Of a stretch of 64,000 nucleotides of DNA, positions 1 through 9,943 are shown piece by piece. A program made the translations under genes and the position numbers. Under the pieces are notes generated by a model. The model was given only the letters and a program-made list of their open reading frames with translations, was not told where the DNA came from and made no database searches. Location: NCBI GenBank assembly GCA_016704325.1, contig JADJAG010000008.1, positions 54,057 to 118,056 on the forward strand, read 5' to 3'. The first letter of the stretch is position 1. Every line of letters begins with the position of its first letter. The DNA is from Chitinophagaceae bacterium (GTDB lineage: Bacteria > Bacteroidota > Bacteroidia > Chitinophagales > UBA10324).

Positions 1-434
1 ACTTTCCGTTTTCCCGTGTACCTGAACAGTTTGAAAATCACGTTTCAGTATAAATGGAATATACCATTTAAAAAACAAAAGTACCGGGGCTGCATGCTTA
101 GGCCTGATCATCAGTTGCGAAGATCAGTAAATATAAACGGAGATTGCAAGCGCGTTGAATTAAATTCCGGATACGCTTTAACAAGCTGGAGAAAAATTAC
201 CCGGAAGGCAAAAAGTGCGCATGAAAGATTAAGACAACATTTATGTCTTGATTGTATAAATCAGATTACTCAGCACTAGAAAATACGAGGGTACTTTACA
301 GCAACAAATTATGGAATGAGGTTCTGAAGATTCTACTGTTTATGAAATGCAATACCCTTTCAGGTCCGGCGTTGCAGAAATATTAATTTGGTACACCGGT
401 ACATTGCAATGTATTCTGGACTAACTTTGATCAT

Positions 435-977
435 ATGCACCTGATTTTTTTGTTGTACTCCGCCTTATGGTTACCTGTATCCGTCATTCAAGATCGCAAA
501 GAGGATGAAATACGGTGGTCACAAAAAAGTGAACTTGAATACAGCGATTTCAAGGGAGCGGTACCGGGCAATACGCCATGGGCAGCGCTGACAGCGAGTT
601 ACATATATTTTACTTACAGTACCACCAATGGAAAGATCAGCACATTTAAGGTGTATGCATCTTTTAAGAAAAACGAGTCCTGGATGAAGACTGCACGGGC
701 AGATGTATTGGCACATGAGCAATTACATTTTGCCATCACTGAATATTTTGCAAGAAAACTTTATAGTGATGCACAACAATTAAGAACACAAAGCGGAAAT
801 ATTTCCGCTTCAGCAAATGCTCTTTTCAATGCTGTTAATAAAGAATGTGATCAGATGCAGGAAACTTATGATGCTGAAACAGACCATGGTGTAGATGCAG
901 TTAAGCAGGAAAAATGGCGCATGAGAGTAGCCGGCTTAATGAAACAGTATGATCCATATCCTGAAACCGTTGAATAA
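435..977 (+). CDS. DUF922-like putative Zn-metallopeptidase
   Basis: 180-aa ORF with an HExxH-type motif (VLAHEQLHFAITEYFARKLY) after a W..LEYSDFKG segment, as I remember for DUF922. Hydrophobic N-terminus. Confidence 0.55.
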   Translation: MHLIFLLYSALWLPVSVIQDRKEDEIRWSQKSELEYSDFKGAVPGNTPWAALTASYIYFTYSTTNGKISTFKVYASFKKNESWMKTARADVLAHEQLHFAITEYFARKLYSDAQQLRTQSGNISASANALFNAVNKECDQMQETYDAETDHGVDAVKQEKWRMRVAGLMKQYDPYPETVE

Positions 978-982
978 ACCCA

Positions 983-1013
983 CAGCAAGATGCGATGAGT
1001 GCTGCATTTTTTT
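983..1013 (+). terminator. weak intrinsic terminator candidate after the DUF922 gene
   Basis: 5-bp stem cagca(983-987)/tgctg(1000-1004) followed by a T7 run (1007-1013), 6 nt after the stop codon. Confidence 0.35.
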
Positions 1014-1177
1014 GAGTTTTTACAATGGATAATTCCCGGATAAAAAATAAAAGTGCTGAAGTATTTTTGGTAGCTCTTTCCGCTTTGGCGTTGCAAATGG
1101 CGTTTTCAGTATTCAGGCCAAACCTGACAATTTTGTATAGATGCCTGTGAATCAGGAAAACTACCAACAAACATTAG

Positions 1178-2185
1178 GTGTGTCGAGCCAAATTGTATAT
1201 TTTAGCCCGATTCTTTAACCAAACCAACCTAACTGTGGCTGATTCCATTTTCGGCGCGCCAAAAATTAGCTTTCAAGATGTGAAAGATATTGATGCCAGC
1301 GCTCCACAATTAATCATATGGGCTATACCGGTAATGATTTTTTTTACCGTAGTTGAATACTTTGTAGCCAAATATCAGCACCGCGATGATATCTATAATG
1401 ATACCGAATTACGTGGTTCCGTGCTGGTTGGACTGGGTAACCTACTCAGTAACTACCTCACTAAACTTGTTCTTTTTGTAGTGGTAGTTTTCTTTTATAA
1501 CCTCGTTCCCTGGAGAATGGAATTCCGGTGGTGGTTGTTTATTCCCTGTTATGTTTTGCTCGATCTGTGCAGCTACTGGGCCCATCGAATTTCGCATGAG
1601 CAACGATTCTGGTGGACAACGCATGTACCGCACCATAGTGGAAACAACTATAACCTGGCAGTGTCGTTTCGTTTATCGTGGATACAGGAGTTCAAAATAT
1701 TATTCTTTATTCCTGTTACCATAGCCGGATTTCATCCATGGATATTTTTTGTGGTGAACCAGGTAGCCGTTCTTTTTCAGTTCTGGGTGCATACGGAATA
1801 CATAAAAAAGCTACCACGCTGGATTGAATACATTTTTGCCACGCCATCGAATCACCGGGTACATCATGGAACCCAGGATAAATACATTGATAAAAATTAT
1901 GGGGCAACCTTCATTATTTGGGACAGGATGTTTGGAACCTATCAACCGGAAGAAGAACGTCCTAAGTATGGATTAACTACCCCGGTACATACCGGCAATC
2001 CTTTCAAATTAGTTTTCCAGGAAGCGATTGATCTGGTAAATGATGTAAGAAAAGCTAAGACCTGGAAAGAACGTTTCTGGTATACATTTGGAAGTCCGAT
2101 TGCCATTGCGAAATATAAAAGGGAAAATACAACGGTTCCTGATAAGCAAAAGGCGACGAAATTTGAATTTCAGAAAAGCAGTTAG
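1178..2185 (+). CDS. fatty acid hydroxylase / sterol desaturase family membrane protein
   Basis: Three histidine boxes (HRISHE, HVPHHS, HRVHHG) in a multi-TM protein. The ORF-track start is GTG, so the true start is uncertain. Confidence 0.8.
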   Translation: MCRAKLYILARFFNQTNLTVADSIFGAPKISFQDVKDIDASAPQLIIWAIPVMIFFTVVEYFVAKYQHRDDIYNDTELRGSVLVGLGNLLSNYLTKLVLFVVVVFFYNLVPWRMEFRWWLFIPCYVLLDLCSYWAHRISHEQRFWWTTHVPHHSGNNYNLAVSFRLSWIQEFKILFFIPVTIAGFHPWIFFVVNQVAVLFQFWVHTEYIKKLPRWIEYIFATPSNHRVHHGTQDKYIDKNYGATFIIWDRMFGTYQPEEERPKYGLTTPVHTGNPFKLVFQEAIDLVNDVRKAKTWKERFWYTFGSPIAIAKYKRENTTVPDKQKATKFEFQKSS

Positions 2186-2218
2186 CAACAGCAGCTTTCC
2201 ATCGCTACCTTGCTACGT

Positions 2219-3028
2219 TTATTTGAAATCCACTTGTACAATGTCGCCTATATTCAGATTCAGCAATCCTCTTGCATTTCCCTTATTGATAGCAATTTCC
2301 AGATAGCCTCCGGAATTGAAGAGGCATAACTTCTCACTTTCAGGAACATCAAAGTAATTTTCACTGATCGCTTCAATATCATCATAGCGCTTAAAGAAAA
2401 TCACAAAAGGCCTGTTCTTCCCAATGCGGTCAAATTCATCTTTCCTGACATTTACTATGGCATTCTCAAAGCGGTCAAAATAAATGATGGTGGCCCTTAT
2501 ATAATTGGCGCTGCTCATAGGTCTGCCTATCATTGATTGCCGAATTGAACCGGATTTCTGACCTATATCGGCTAGCTTACCACCTTCACAAATATGCTTT
2601 GCTACGCGCACATAGAGGTCCTTAACAGGAATTGTACTTATATATTCGGCAGCAGTAGGCTGCAGTTGATATATTTCTGTTGCCGGTTCACCTTCCCAAA
2701 GCAGTCCGAAAATGCCATTGTCGGGGCCAATAAATATATGTCCATCTTTTGTTGCAACAATATGATTCAGACCGGTTTCACTATTTAAGTTTACTCCGAT
2801 AATATGGATGCTTCCGATCGGAAAATGCGGGTATGCGTTTTTCAGCACATAGGCTCCATGCATGATGTCGAATGGTTCGATGTCGTGAGAGATATCAATG
2901 ATTTGCGCATCAGCGATGGCCTTCAGAATCTCTCCTTTGACTACTGCAGCATAATAATCCCGTGTGCCAAAGTCAGTAGTGAGTGTGATGATGGGCATCG
3001 GAAGGCTATTGTATCTTGTTTGCAGCAA
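2219..3028 (-). CDS. SAM hydrolase / SAM hydroxide adenosyltransferase family protein (DUF62)
   Basis: N-terminal ITLTTDFGTRDYYAAVVKGEI signature and the ~270-aa length typical of this family. Confidence 0.85.
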   Translation of the reverse strand: MLQTRYNSLPMPIITLTTDFGTRDYYAAVVKGEILKAIADAQIIDISHDIEPFDIMHGAYVLKNAYPHFPIGSIHIIGVNLNSETGLNHIVATKDGHIFIGPDNGIFGLLWEGEPATEIYQLQPTAAEYISTIPVKDLYVRVAKHICEGGKLADIGQKSGSIRQSMIGRPMSSANYIRATIIYFDRFENAIVNVRKDEFDRIGKNRPFVIFFKRYDDIEAISENYFDVPESEKLCLFNSGGYLEIAINKGNARGLLNLNIGDIVQVDFK

Positions 3029-3291
3029 GCCGTTTCAAGGCTGCCATTCCATTAAAATGAAATCTATGCTGTTAAATTTATCTCAATCACGATGAAAAAT
3101 AACAGAATTGCAAAGAAACATCATAATCTGCAGGATGAAGAATATACACATACCGCATCTTGATATTGTCTTCTCACGTTACCTGCAACGATTTGGGTTA
3201 TTCAGGTGCCATAATTTGAAAGCGCTACAGATTGGATCTTATCAACAAGAGGTACGCAAAAGCAAGTCCCTGAACTATTTCGGCCGTTAAT

Positions 3292-3299
3292 TATGTTTG
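3292..3299 (+). promoter_or_regulatory. candidate Bacteroidota -7 promoter box (TAnnTTTG) upstream of phoH
   Basis: TATGTTTG lies 52 nt upstream of the phoH start. Motif match only. Confidence 0.3.
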
Positions 3300-3350
3300 A
3301 AAGCCGACATCAACTTTTCTATAACTTTACCTTACTAAACCTAACTCACT

Positions 3351-4349
3351 TTGACAGAACTAATCATTCACCTCGACTCTATCGAACCGATTGATTTATT
3401 AGGCATTAATAATTCACGCCTGCAGATATTGAAGAATGCCTTCCCCAGGGTGAAGTTCACCTCGCGCGGCAATAAAATTAAAATTGAAGGGAATACGCAA
3501 GACCTGGAATTATTGGAAGAGAAGATTAACAGCCTGGTGCATTTTATTGAAAAGTATGGCCGTCTGACCGATAAAGCTGCTGAAGATCTGTTGGATGATA
3601 TTGATCCATTTAATCTCGAAATGCCGAAGGCACATGATGATGCCATAGTCTACGGACCGAATGGCAACGTAGTAAAAGCACGAACGCCCAACCAGAAAAA
3701 AATGGTGGATCTGTCGGAGCACAACGATATCATTTTTGCAATCGGCCCTGCCGGTACCGGAAAAACTTATACTGCTGTTGCCCTTGCAGTACGTGCCTTG
3801 AAGAACAAAGAGATCAGGAAGATTATACTCACCCGGCCGGCAGTAGAAGCCGGTGAAAACCTGGGTTACCTTCCGGGAGACCTGAAAGAAAAAATTGACC
3901 CTTACCTGCGTCCTTTATATGATGCATTGGATGATATGATACCTCTGGATAAACTGAATTACTACATGACCAATAGGGTGATAGAAGTAGCGCCATTAGC
4001 ATTTATGAGAGGGAGGACACTGGATCATGCTTACATCATCCTGGATGAAGCTCAGAATACGACAGATTCTCAACTGAAGATGTTTCTTACCAGAATAGGC
4101 TCCTCTGCCAAATGTATCGTTACAGGAGATATCACTCAGATTGATTTACCGAAGTCGCAAAGAAGCGGATTGTTCCGGGCGCTTGACATTCTTTCCGGCA
4201 TAAAAGGGATCGGTACGGTTCACCTTACAGAACAGGATGTGGTTAGACATCCATTAGTTAAAAAAATCATTAATGCTTACGAAGCCTCTGACCCGGGAGA
4301 AGGACTTGCATCAAGACCGCCGTTTCCACCCATACAACCACTTAACTGA
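3351..4349 (+). CDS. phoH: PhoH-family ATPase
   Basis: Walker A GPAGTGKTYTAVALAV, LDEAQN Walker B region, and the ITGDITQIDLP motif. TTG start in the ORF track. Confidence 0.9.
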   Translation: MTELIIHLDSIEPIDLLGINNSRLQILKNAFPRVKFTSRGNKIKIEGNTQDLELLEEKINSLVHFIEKYGRLTDKAAEDLLDDIDPFNLEMPKAHDDAIVYGPNGNVVKARTPNQKKMVDLSEHNDIIFAIGPAGTGKTYTAVALAVRALKNKEIRKIILTRPAVEAGENLGYLPGDLKEKIDPYLRPLYDALDDMIPLDKLNYYMTNRVIEVAPLAFMRGRTLDHAYIILDEAQNTTDSQLKMFLTRIGSSAKCIVTGDITQIDLPKSQRSGLFRALDILSGIKGIGTVHLTEQDVVRHPLVKKIINAYEASDPGEGLASRPPFPPIQPLN

Positions 4350-4431
4350 TCATGTTGATTGAAGGAGGTATGGCATAATTGAACCAAACTTTGAATTGAA
4401 TGAATTAAAAAGCTAAGACAGAGAGATTATA

Positions 4432-4492
4432 GATTATCGTGAAATCCGAGTTTTGCGCGATCTGTCCATTTGCTTGATCTGCGTGAAATGCA
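4432..4492. repeat. word-repeat element (GATCTG / CGTGAAAT words) between convergent phoH and hppA
   Basis: atcgtgaaatcc..gcgcgatctgtcc..gcttgatctgcgtgaaatgc. CGTGAAAT occurs twice (4438, 4482) and GATCTG twice. Same word style as the CACRGAT elements elsewhere in the window. Confidence 0.6.
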
Positions 4493-4604
4493 TTTTCCGG
4501 ATAATAAGCTTCGGAATGGTGATGTGGAGCTGATAAAAAATTGCGCGCAGCTTCAAATGACTATACAGATTGCGCTGAACTTAACTACTTTTTCAAACGA
4601 CCAT

Positions 4605-4636
4605 AAAAAAATCCGCTCCCAAAGGAAGCGGATTTT
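4605..4636 (-). terminator. intrinsic (bidirectional) terminator downstream of hppA
   Basis: 10-bp stem ATCCGCTCCC/GGAAGCGGAT with one mismatch and loop AAA. An A6 run lies on the left and T4 on the right, so the minus-strand RNA has the hairpin followed by U7. It sits 25 nt past the hppA stop. Confidence 0.8.
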
Positions 4637-4660
4637 ATTGATTTCATTTTATTATCAATA

Positions 4661-7000
4661 CTACTTTGCGGCAGTCGATTTGGTTTCAATTTCTTCGGTT
4701 GCAAGAAGGTCGTTTTTTGCTTCCTTACTCACAGCATCAGTTTCAACCATTTCTCCTGAAGCTGCTATTGCAGTAGATTTAGAGGGCTTCACACAACAGG
4801 CTCCCGATTTTTCATCCGCTCCATTTACCGGAACCTGCATCATATAATCATTTTGTTCTGTTGTTACCACATCTCCTTTATGCAATCCCAATAAACCATT
4901 TAAAGGAATGGAAGGCGCAATGACAAGGCTTACAATGCTCATCAGCTTAATAAGAATATTCATAGAAGGGCCGCTGGTATCTTTAAACGGATCACCCACG
5001 GTATCTCCGGTAACGGAAGCTTTATGTGGTTCTGATTTTTTATAATACACTTCGCCATCAATCTCTACTCCTTTCTCAAAAGATTTTTTTGCATTGTCCC
5101 AGGCACCTCCTGCATTCGACTGAAACATGCCCATCAGCACGCCTGAAACGGTAACACCTGCCAGCAAGCCACCTAATACTTCCGGGCCAAACAAGAATCC
5201 GATAATTACCGGAACAGTGAGTGCAATTGCTCCGGGCAACATCATCTCACGCAATGAGGCCTCGGTAGAAATCGCAACACACTTATCATATTCAGGCTTT
5301 CCTGTTCCTTCCATAATACCGGGTATTTCCCTAAACTGGCGACGCACTTCCTGCACCATGCTCATGGCTGCACGTCCTACAGCTGCAATGGCCAAAGAAG
5401 AAAACAGGAATGGTATCATACCGCCGATGAATAATCCGGCAAGCACATCAGCCTTGTAAATATCAATCGAATCAATACCTGAAATTCCTACGAAAGCCGC
5501 AAACAATGCTAATGAAGTTAATGCTGCTGAAGCGATGGCAAATCCCTTACCGGTGGCGGCTGTGGTGTTACCCACTGCATCGAGGATGTCTGTTTTTTCA
5601 CGTACATCTTTAGGCAATTCGCTCATTTCAGCAATGCCACCCGCGTTATCCGCAATCGGACCAAAAGCATCAATGGCTAATTGCATGGTAGTAGTAGCCA
5701 TCATACCTGCTGCTGCTATGGCAACACCATAGATACCGGCAAACTGGTAAGCGGCAAAGATTCCACCTGCAAGCACTATTGTTGGCAACATGGTAGATTC
5801 CATTCCGACAGATAATCCACCGATGATATTTGTGGCATGGCCGGTAGATGATTGCTTAATGATCATTTTTACCGGACGCTTGCCCATGGAGGTATAGTAT
5901 TCCGTAATCATGCTCATCAAAGTACCAACTACCAGTCCCACAACGATGGCACCAAAGACACCATTGCTTGTAAACTCAAATCCACGCAGTGATAATGTTT
6001 CCGGCAGAATCGCTTTTACGATAAAATAAGAGGCTATGGTGGTTAGTATGATTGCGCCCCAGTTACCATTGTTAAGTGCCTTTTGCACAGTTGCTGTGCT
6101 AAGGCTTGCATTTTCGCTTATGCGAACGAAGTACATACTGATTATGGAAAAGATAATACCTGCACCTGCAATAATCATTGGAAGGAGTATGGGGGCAAGT
6201 CCATTATAGCTATCAACAGAGATGGTTTCGCCGCCCAAAACCATGGTAGCGAGTATGGTTGCCACGAAGGAACCAAACAAGTCAGCACCCATTCCTGCCA
6301 CATCACCCACATTGTCTCCAACGTTATCAGCAATGGTAGCAGGGTTACGCGGGTCATCTTCCGGAATACCGGCTTCCACTTTTCCCACAAGGTCTGCACC
6401 TACATCAGCAGCTTTTGTATAAATACCACCACCTACACGAGCAAAGAGTGCAATGCTTTCTGCTCCTAGAGAAAAACCGGTCAGCACTTCAAGGGCAGTA
6501 ACCAGGTGGGCATTGGTTGAAGGATCAACGTACATTGTATAGAAGACCACGAAGAGGGAACTCAATCCTAATACTGCAAGACCGGTAACACCCAATCCCA
6601 TTACAGAACCTCCGGTAAATGATACCGCCAGTGCTTTTGAAAGGGAAGTACGGGCTGCATGTGCAGTCCGGGTATTTGCTTTAGTGGCAATGCGCATACC
6701 GATGTAGCCGGCAGTAGCTGAAAAAACGGCACCGGTAATAAAGGCGCCTGCAATCAGCCAGCTTGACTCCGGGTTAGAATAACCAAGAACAGCTAATAAT
6801 ACGGAAGCAATGGCGACAAAAATGGCCAGGATGCGCCATTCTGCTCTCAAAAAGGCCATAGCACCTTCTGCTATGTGCTTTGCAATTTCTTTCATCCGGT
6901 CGTTACCGGCATCCTGCTTCTCCACCCACGATGCTTTGATAGCTGTAAATATTAATGCAACAACTCCAAAAAGTGGTATTAAGTAAAACCAAGTGTTCAT
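4661..7000 (-). CDS. hppA: membrane-bound (K+-dependent type) ion-translocating pyrophosphatase
   Basis: [38 protein letters not shown] and [18 protein letters not shown] motifs in a polytopic protein. About 81 aa of non-conserved C-terminal tail follow ..SLVIAPSI. Confidence 0.95.
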   Translation of the reverse strand: MNTWFYLIPLFGVVALIFTAIKASWVEKQDAGNDRMKEIAKHIAEGAMAFLRAEWRILAIFVAIASVLLAVLGYSNPESSWLIAGAFITGAVFSATAGYIGMRIATKANTRTAHAARTSLSKALAVSFTGGSVMGLGVTGLAVLGLSSLFVVFYTMYVDPSTNAHLVTALEVLTGFSLGAESIALFARVGGGIYTKAADVGADLVGKVEAGIPEDDPRNPATIADNVGDNVGDVAGMGADLFGSFVATILATMVLGGETISVDSYNGLAPILLPMIIAGAGIIFSIISMYFVRISENASLSTATVQKALNNGNWGAIILTTIASYFIVKAILPETLSLRGFEFTSNGVFGAIVVGLVVGTLMSMITEYYTSMGKRPVKMIIKQSSTGHATNIIGGLSVGMESTMLPTIVLAGGIFAAYQFAGIYGVAIAAAGMMATTTMQLAIDAFGPIADNAGGIAEMSELPKDVREKTDILDAVGNTTAATGKGFAIASAALTSLALFAAFVGISGIDSIDIYKADVLAGLFIGGMIPFLFSSLAIAAVGRAAMSMVQEVRRQFREIPGIMEGTGKPEYDKCVAISTEASLREMMLPGAIALTVPVIIGFLFGPEVLGGLLAGVTVSGVLMGMFQSNAGGAWDNAKKSFEKGVEIDGEVYYKKSEPHKASVTGDTVGDPFKDTSGPSMNILIKLMSIVSLVIAPSIPLNGLLGLHKGDVVTTEQNDYMMQVPVNGADEKSGACCVKPSKSTAIAASGEMVETDAVSKEAKNDLLATEEIETKSTAAK

Positions 7001-7022
7001 AAGGGTATTAAATTTTAGCCCG

Positions 7023-7030
7023 CAAAAATA
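7023..7030 (-). promoter_or_regulatory. candidate -7 promoter box (TATTTTTG) for hppA
   Basis: The reverse complement of caaaaata is TATTTTTG, matching TAnnTTTG. It ends 22 nt upstream of the hppA ATG. Confidence 0.4.
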
Positions 7031-7069
7031 GTCGGGAAAGCATGAAAAAGGAACTTTTTACCGGATATT

Positions 7070-7960
7070 TTACCTTCCGGCCTTTAACATGCGCAGTTTA
7101 CCTTGTAAATCGTTGTTTATCTTGATGTTGCTAAAGCCAAAGCTATTTAACAGGTCGGCAACTTGCGAAGCATGATTCTGATGCAATTCGAGGTAAATTA
7201 AGCCATCGGGTAACAGACATTGACTTGCTAATTTGGCAATGGCATGATAGTATACAAGAGGTTCATGGTCAGGCACAAATAAGGCGAGGTGTGGCTCATA
7301 TGCGGTCACATTCCTGTGCATGGTGGTAACTTCTGATATGGGTATGTAAGGTGGATTGCTTACGATTATGTCAAATTTGTTTACAAAAACGGGAGAAATA
7401 TTGCTCCCAAAAGTATCAAGAGGAGCTGGTTTTGAACTATAACCAAGCACATCTGCCTTTTGGAGATTAATCGCTGCCTGGTGAAATGTGGCATTGGTTT
7501 CTGCAATTAAAAGTGCTTTTTCGCTGATATCAATGGCGGTAACTGTTGCCTGAGGTAATTTTGTTTTCAGAGCTATCGCGATACATCCGCTGCCGGTGCC
7601 AACATCCAGCATATTGCAAGGTTGCCTGTGAAGCTGTTCCTGAACGATCCATGCTACCAGTTCTTCGGTTTCAGGCCTTGGTATCAGCACGTGCCGGTTG
7701 ACTTTAATTTTCAATCCATAGAAATTAGTATATCCCAAAACATATTGGATGGGTTCTCCCTTTGATAACCTCACTAAAGCGTAGGCCAGTTCATTTGCCT
7801 TCACTTCAGAAATCACCTCATTCCCACGTAACAAAAGTTGAATTTTTGAGAGTCCAAGTTTATCTTCAAAAATCCAGGATGTAATGCTTTCTGCTTCTTG
7901 TAAATCATATAATGGGGTGATGATTTTAATATAGTGGTCATATACATTACGATAAGTCAT
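7070..7960 (-). CDS. prmC: peptide chain release factor N5-glutamine methyltransferase
   Basis: SAM-binding DVGTGSGCIA and catalytic IVSNPPYIP (NPPY) motifs, with HemK-like length. Confidence 0.9.
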   Translation of the reverse strand: MTYRNVYDHYIKIITPLYDLQEAESITSWIFEDKLGLSKIQLLLRGNEVISEVKANELAYALVRLSKGEPIQYVLGYTNFYGLKIKVNRHVLIPRPETEELVAWIVQEQLHRQPCNMLDVGTGSGCIAIALKTKLPQATVTAIDISEKALLIAETNATFHQAAINLQKADVLGYSSKPAPLDTFGSNISPVFVNKFDIIVSNPPYIPISEVTTMHRNVTAYEPHLALFVPDHEPLVYYHAIAKLASQCLLPDGLIYLELHQNHASQVADLLNSFGFSNIKINNDLQGKLRMLKAGR

Positions 7961-8154
7961 TTAACGAAGGTAATTTTTTTTGAATGTCAATAGGGAAAAC
8001 TACTTTTGAATTATTTGGTATGCTATAGATTAGCTGGAATTTCTTCAATTTTTAAGATGAATGTCATGCAAAAGAATATTGGATTTTGAGCTTTGAATAG
8101 TTAGCAAGTTTTTTTTGATAATGGGGGAATTGCTTCAAACAAGATTGATGAGTG

Positions 8155-8660
8155 CTTTTATTTGTGTTTTTGTGGCTATCGTTTTTGAAACCACGGAGGC
8201 ACAAAGGCGGAGTTGCATCAGACAAGATCTATGATCATTTTTCATTCTATTCTTTTGTTACCATTTTTGAAACCACAGAGTACACAGAGGTGGAATCGCA
8301 TCAGAGTAGATCTACAACTATTTTTCTCTGTGCTCTCCGTGGTTACTTTTTTTGAAACCACAGAGGACACAGAGGTGGAATTGCATTGAACAAGATCTAT
8401 TTGTATTTTTCTCTGTGCTCTCCGTGGTTACCTTTTTTGAAACCACAGAGTACACAGAGGTGGAATCGCATCAGATAAGTTCTACAAATATTTTTCTCTG
8501 TGTTCTCCGTGGTTACCTTTTTTGAAACCACAGAGGACGCAGAGGTGGAATTGCATTGAACAAGATCTATTTGTATTTTTCTCTGTGCTCTCCGTGGTTA
8601 CCTTTTTTGAAACCACAGAGTACACAGAGATGGAATTCTAAAGATTATTTTTCATTTGTT
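8155..8660. repeat. tandem array of six ~85-bp hairpin units (170-bp higher-order repeat)
   Basis: GAAACCAC unit starts at 8187, 8269, 8354, 8439, 8524 and 8609. The four central units (8269-8608) have 19-nt imperfect inverted arms (AACCACAGAGKACACAGAG / CTCTGTGYTCTCCGTGGTT), a 36-nt loop and a T5-T7 run. The 8187 unit has a degenerate right arm, and the 8609 unit is truncated with no right arm. Two loop variants alternate. Confidence 0.95.
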
Positions 8661-8893
8661 CATTCGTTAGGAGTTCTTAAGCAAAAGGAAGGTGTGCTAT
8701 TCTTTAAATCAAAATATTTTTAAGCGGTAGTCATTGGTTCTATCTGAGTCGTTCATGCATTGCTTTTACTTTCTATTGAGTAATAGCGAATTTGGTTCTT
8801 CAATATGAATCCACCCTATCCACTTAATTCGCACACTTTAACTATCAGATGAATAGTTGATTTTTTTATGATTGGGTTTTGGAGCAATTCTGT

Positions 8894-8901
8894 TAGGTTT
8901 G
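8894..8901 (+). promoter_or_regulatory. possible -7 box (TAGGTTTG) immediately upstream of ribD
   Basis: Matches TAnnTTTG and ends 4 nt before the ATG, which would imply a near-leaderless mRNA. Motif match only. Confidence 0.25.
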
Positions 8902-8905
8902 TTGG

Positions 8906-9943
8906 ATGCAGTTTGATGATGCACTTTATATGAGAAGATGCCTTGAGCTGGCGCTGAACGGTAGTGGCACCGTGGCGCCAAATCCTATGGTGGGCTGCGT
9001 GATTGTAAATGAAAACAACATCATTGGTGAAGGGTTTCATCAATTATTTGGAGGACCTCATGCTGAAGTGCATGCCATTCAATCTGTGCATGACGGCAAT
9101 AAATCCTTGTTGCAAAATGCTACGCTATATGTAAATCTTGAACCCTGCTCGCATACGGGAAAGACACCACCTTGTTCTCAACTGATCATTGATCATCAGA
9201 TTCCCCGTATTGTGATTGGCACTATAGATCCCAATCCATTGGTAGCAGGTAGTGGAATTAAGCAGCTAGCAGAAGCCGGATGTAAGGTGAAGGTAGGTGT
9301 ACTGGAAACAGCGTCGAAGGAACTCAACCGGCGATTCTTCACCTGGTTTGAAAAAAAACGACCTTATGTTATTTTGAAATGGGCACAAACGATTGATGGT
9401 AAAATTGGCCTGAAAGATCAAACCGTGCCGGTCAGCAATCATTATACAAAATCACTGACCCACAAATGGCGCAGCGAAGAAGCCTGTATCCTGGTAGGCA
9501 CCAATACCGTCTCTACTGACAATCCAAAACTTGATGCAAGGCATTGGAATCAACGGCATCCTGTTCGCATTGTGCTTGATCAGCAACTTCGGTTGTCTCC
9601 TACCCTTCATGTTTTTGACAAGAGCATTCCCACAATCATTATAACAGGACAAATCAAAGAATCGGTTCCTAACCTCGAATATGTTACTATTGATTTCAAA
9701 TCTGATATAGCCGGACAGATACTTCAAAAACTTTATGAACGCAATCTTCAATCCGTGTTCATAGAAGGTGGTGCCTTACTGTTACAAACTTTTATTGATA
9801 GCGGGTGCTGGGATGAGGCGCGGGTATTCATCGCACCCTCCATATTGCCGGCTGGTATAAATGCACCTCAAATTAATGAGATCCCAGTTTCCACTACCGA
9901 AATAGAAGATAATACGTTACATCTATACAGGCACAACCAATGA
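8906..9943 (+). CDS. ribD: bifunctional diaminohydroxyphosphoribosylaminopyrimidine deaminase / 5-amino-6-(5-phosphoribosylamino)uracil reductase
   Basis: Deaminase zinc motifs HAEVHA and PCSHTGKTPPC, followed by a C-terminal reductase domain (KWAQTIDGKI...). Confidence 0.95.
   Translation: MQFDDALYMRRCLELALNGSGTVAPNPMVGCVIVNENNIIGEGFHQLFGGPHAEVHAIQSVHDGNKSLLQNATLYVNLEPCSHTGKTPPCSQLIIDHQIPRIVIGTIDPNPLVAGSGIKQLAEAGCKVKVGVLETASKELNRRFFTWFEKKRPYVILKWAQTIDGKIGLKDQTVPVSNHYTKSLTHKWRSEEACILVGTNTVSTDNPKLDARHWNQRHPVRIVLDQQLRLSPTLHVFDKSIPTIIITGQIKESVPNLEYVTIDFKSDIAGQILQKLYERNLQSVFIEGGALLLQTFIDSGCWDEARVFIAPSILPAGINAPQINEIPVSTTEIEDNTLHLYRHNQ

Noticed and set aside
16-279. 87-aa ORF at the left edge of the window.
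   Set aside because: It has a basic, low-complexity composition and no motif. The region contains GATCAG/GATCAT word-repeat-like sequence, so it is probably non-coding.
4470-4847. 125-aa plus-strand ORF across the hppA terminator and C-terminal tail.
   Set aside because: It runs through the terminator hairpin and lies antisense to hppA. It is a shadow ORF.
8155-8660. Possible CRISPR array, given regular ~85-bp spacing of a conserved repeat.
   Set aside because: The inter-repeat segments are not unique spacers. They alternate between two near-identical variants. Each unit is one long hairpin plus a T-run. No cas genes or leader-like region are nearby.
8641-8905. FMN (RFN) riboswitch expected upstream of ribD.
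   Set aside because: I could not find the conserved RFN helices or motifs by eye in the 265 nt upstream. An Infernal scan with RF00050 would be decisive, so this is recorded as not seen rather than proven absent.
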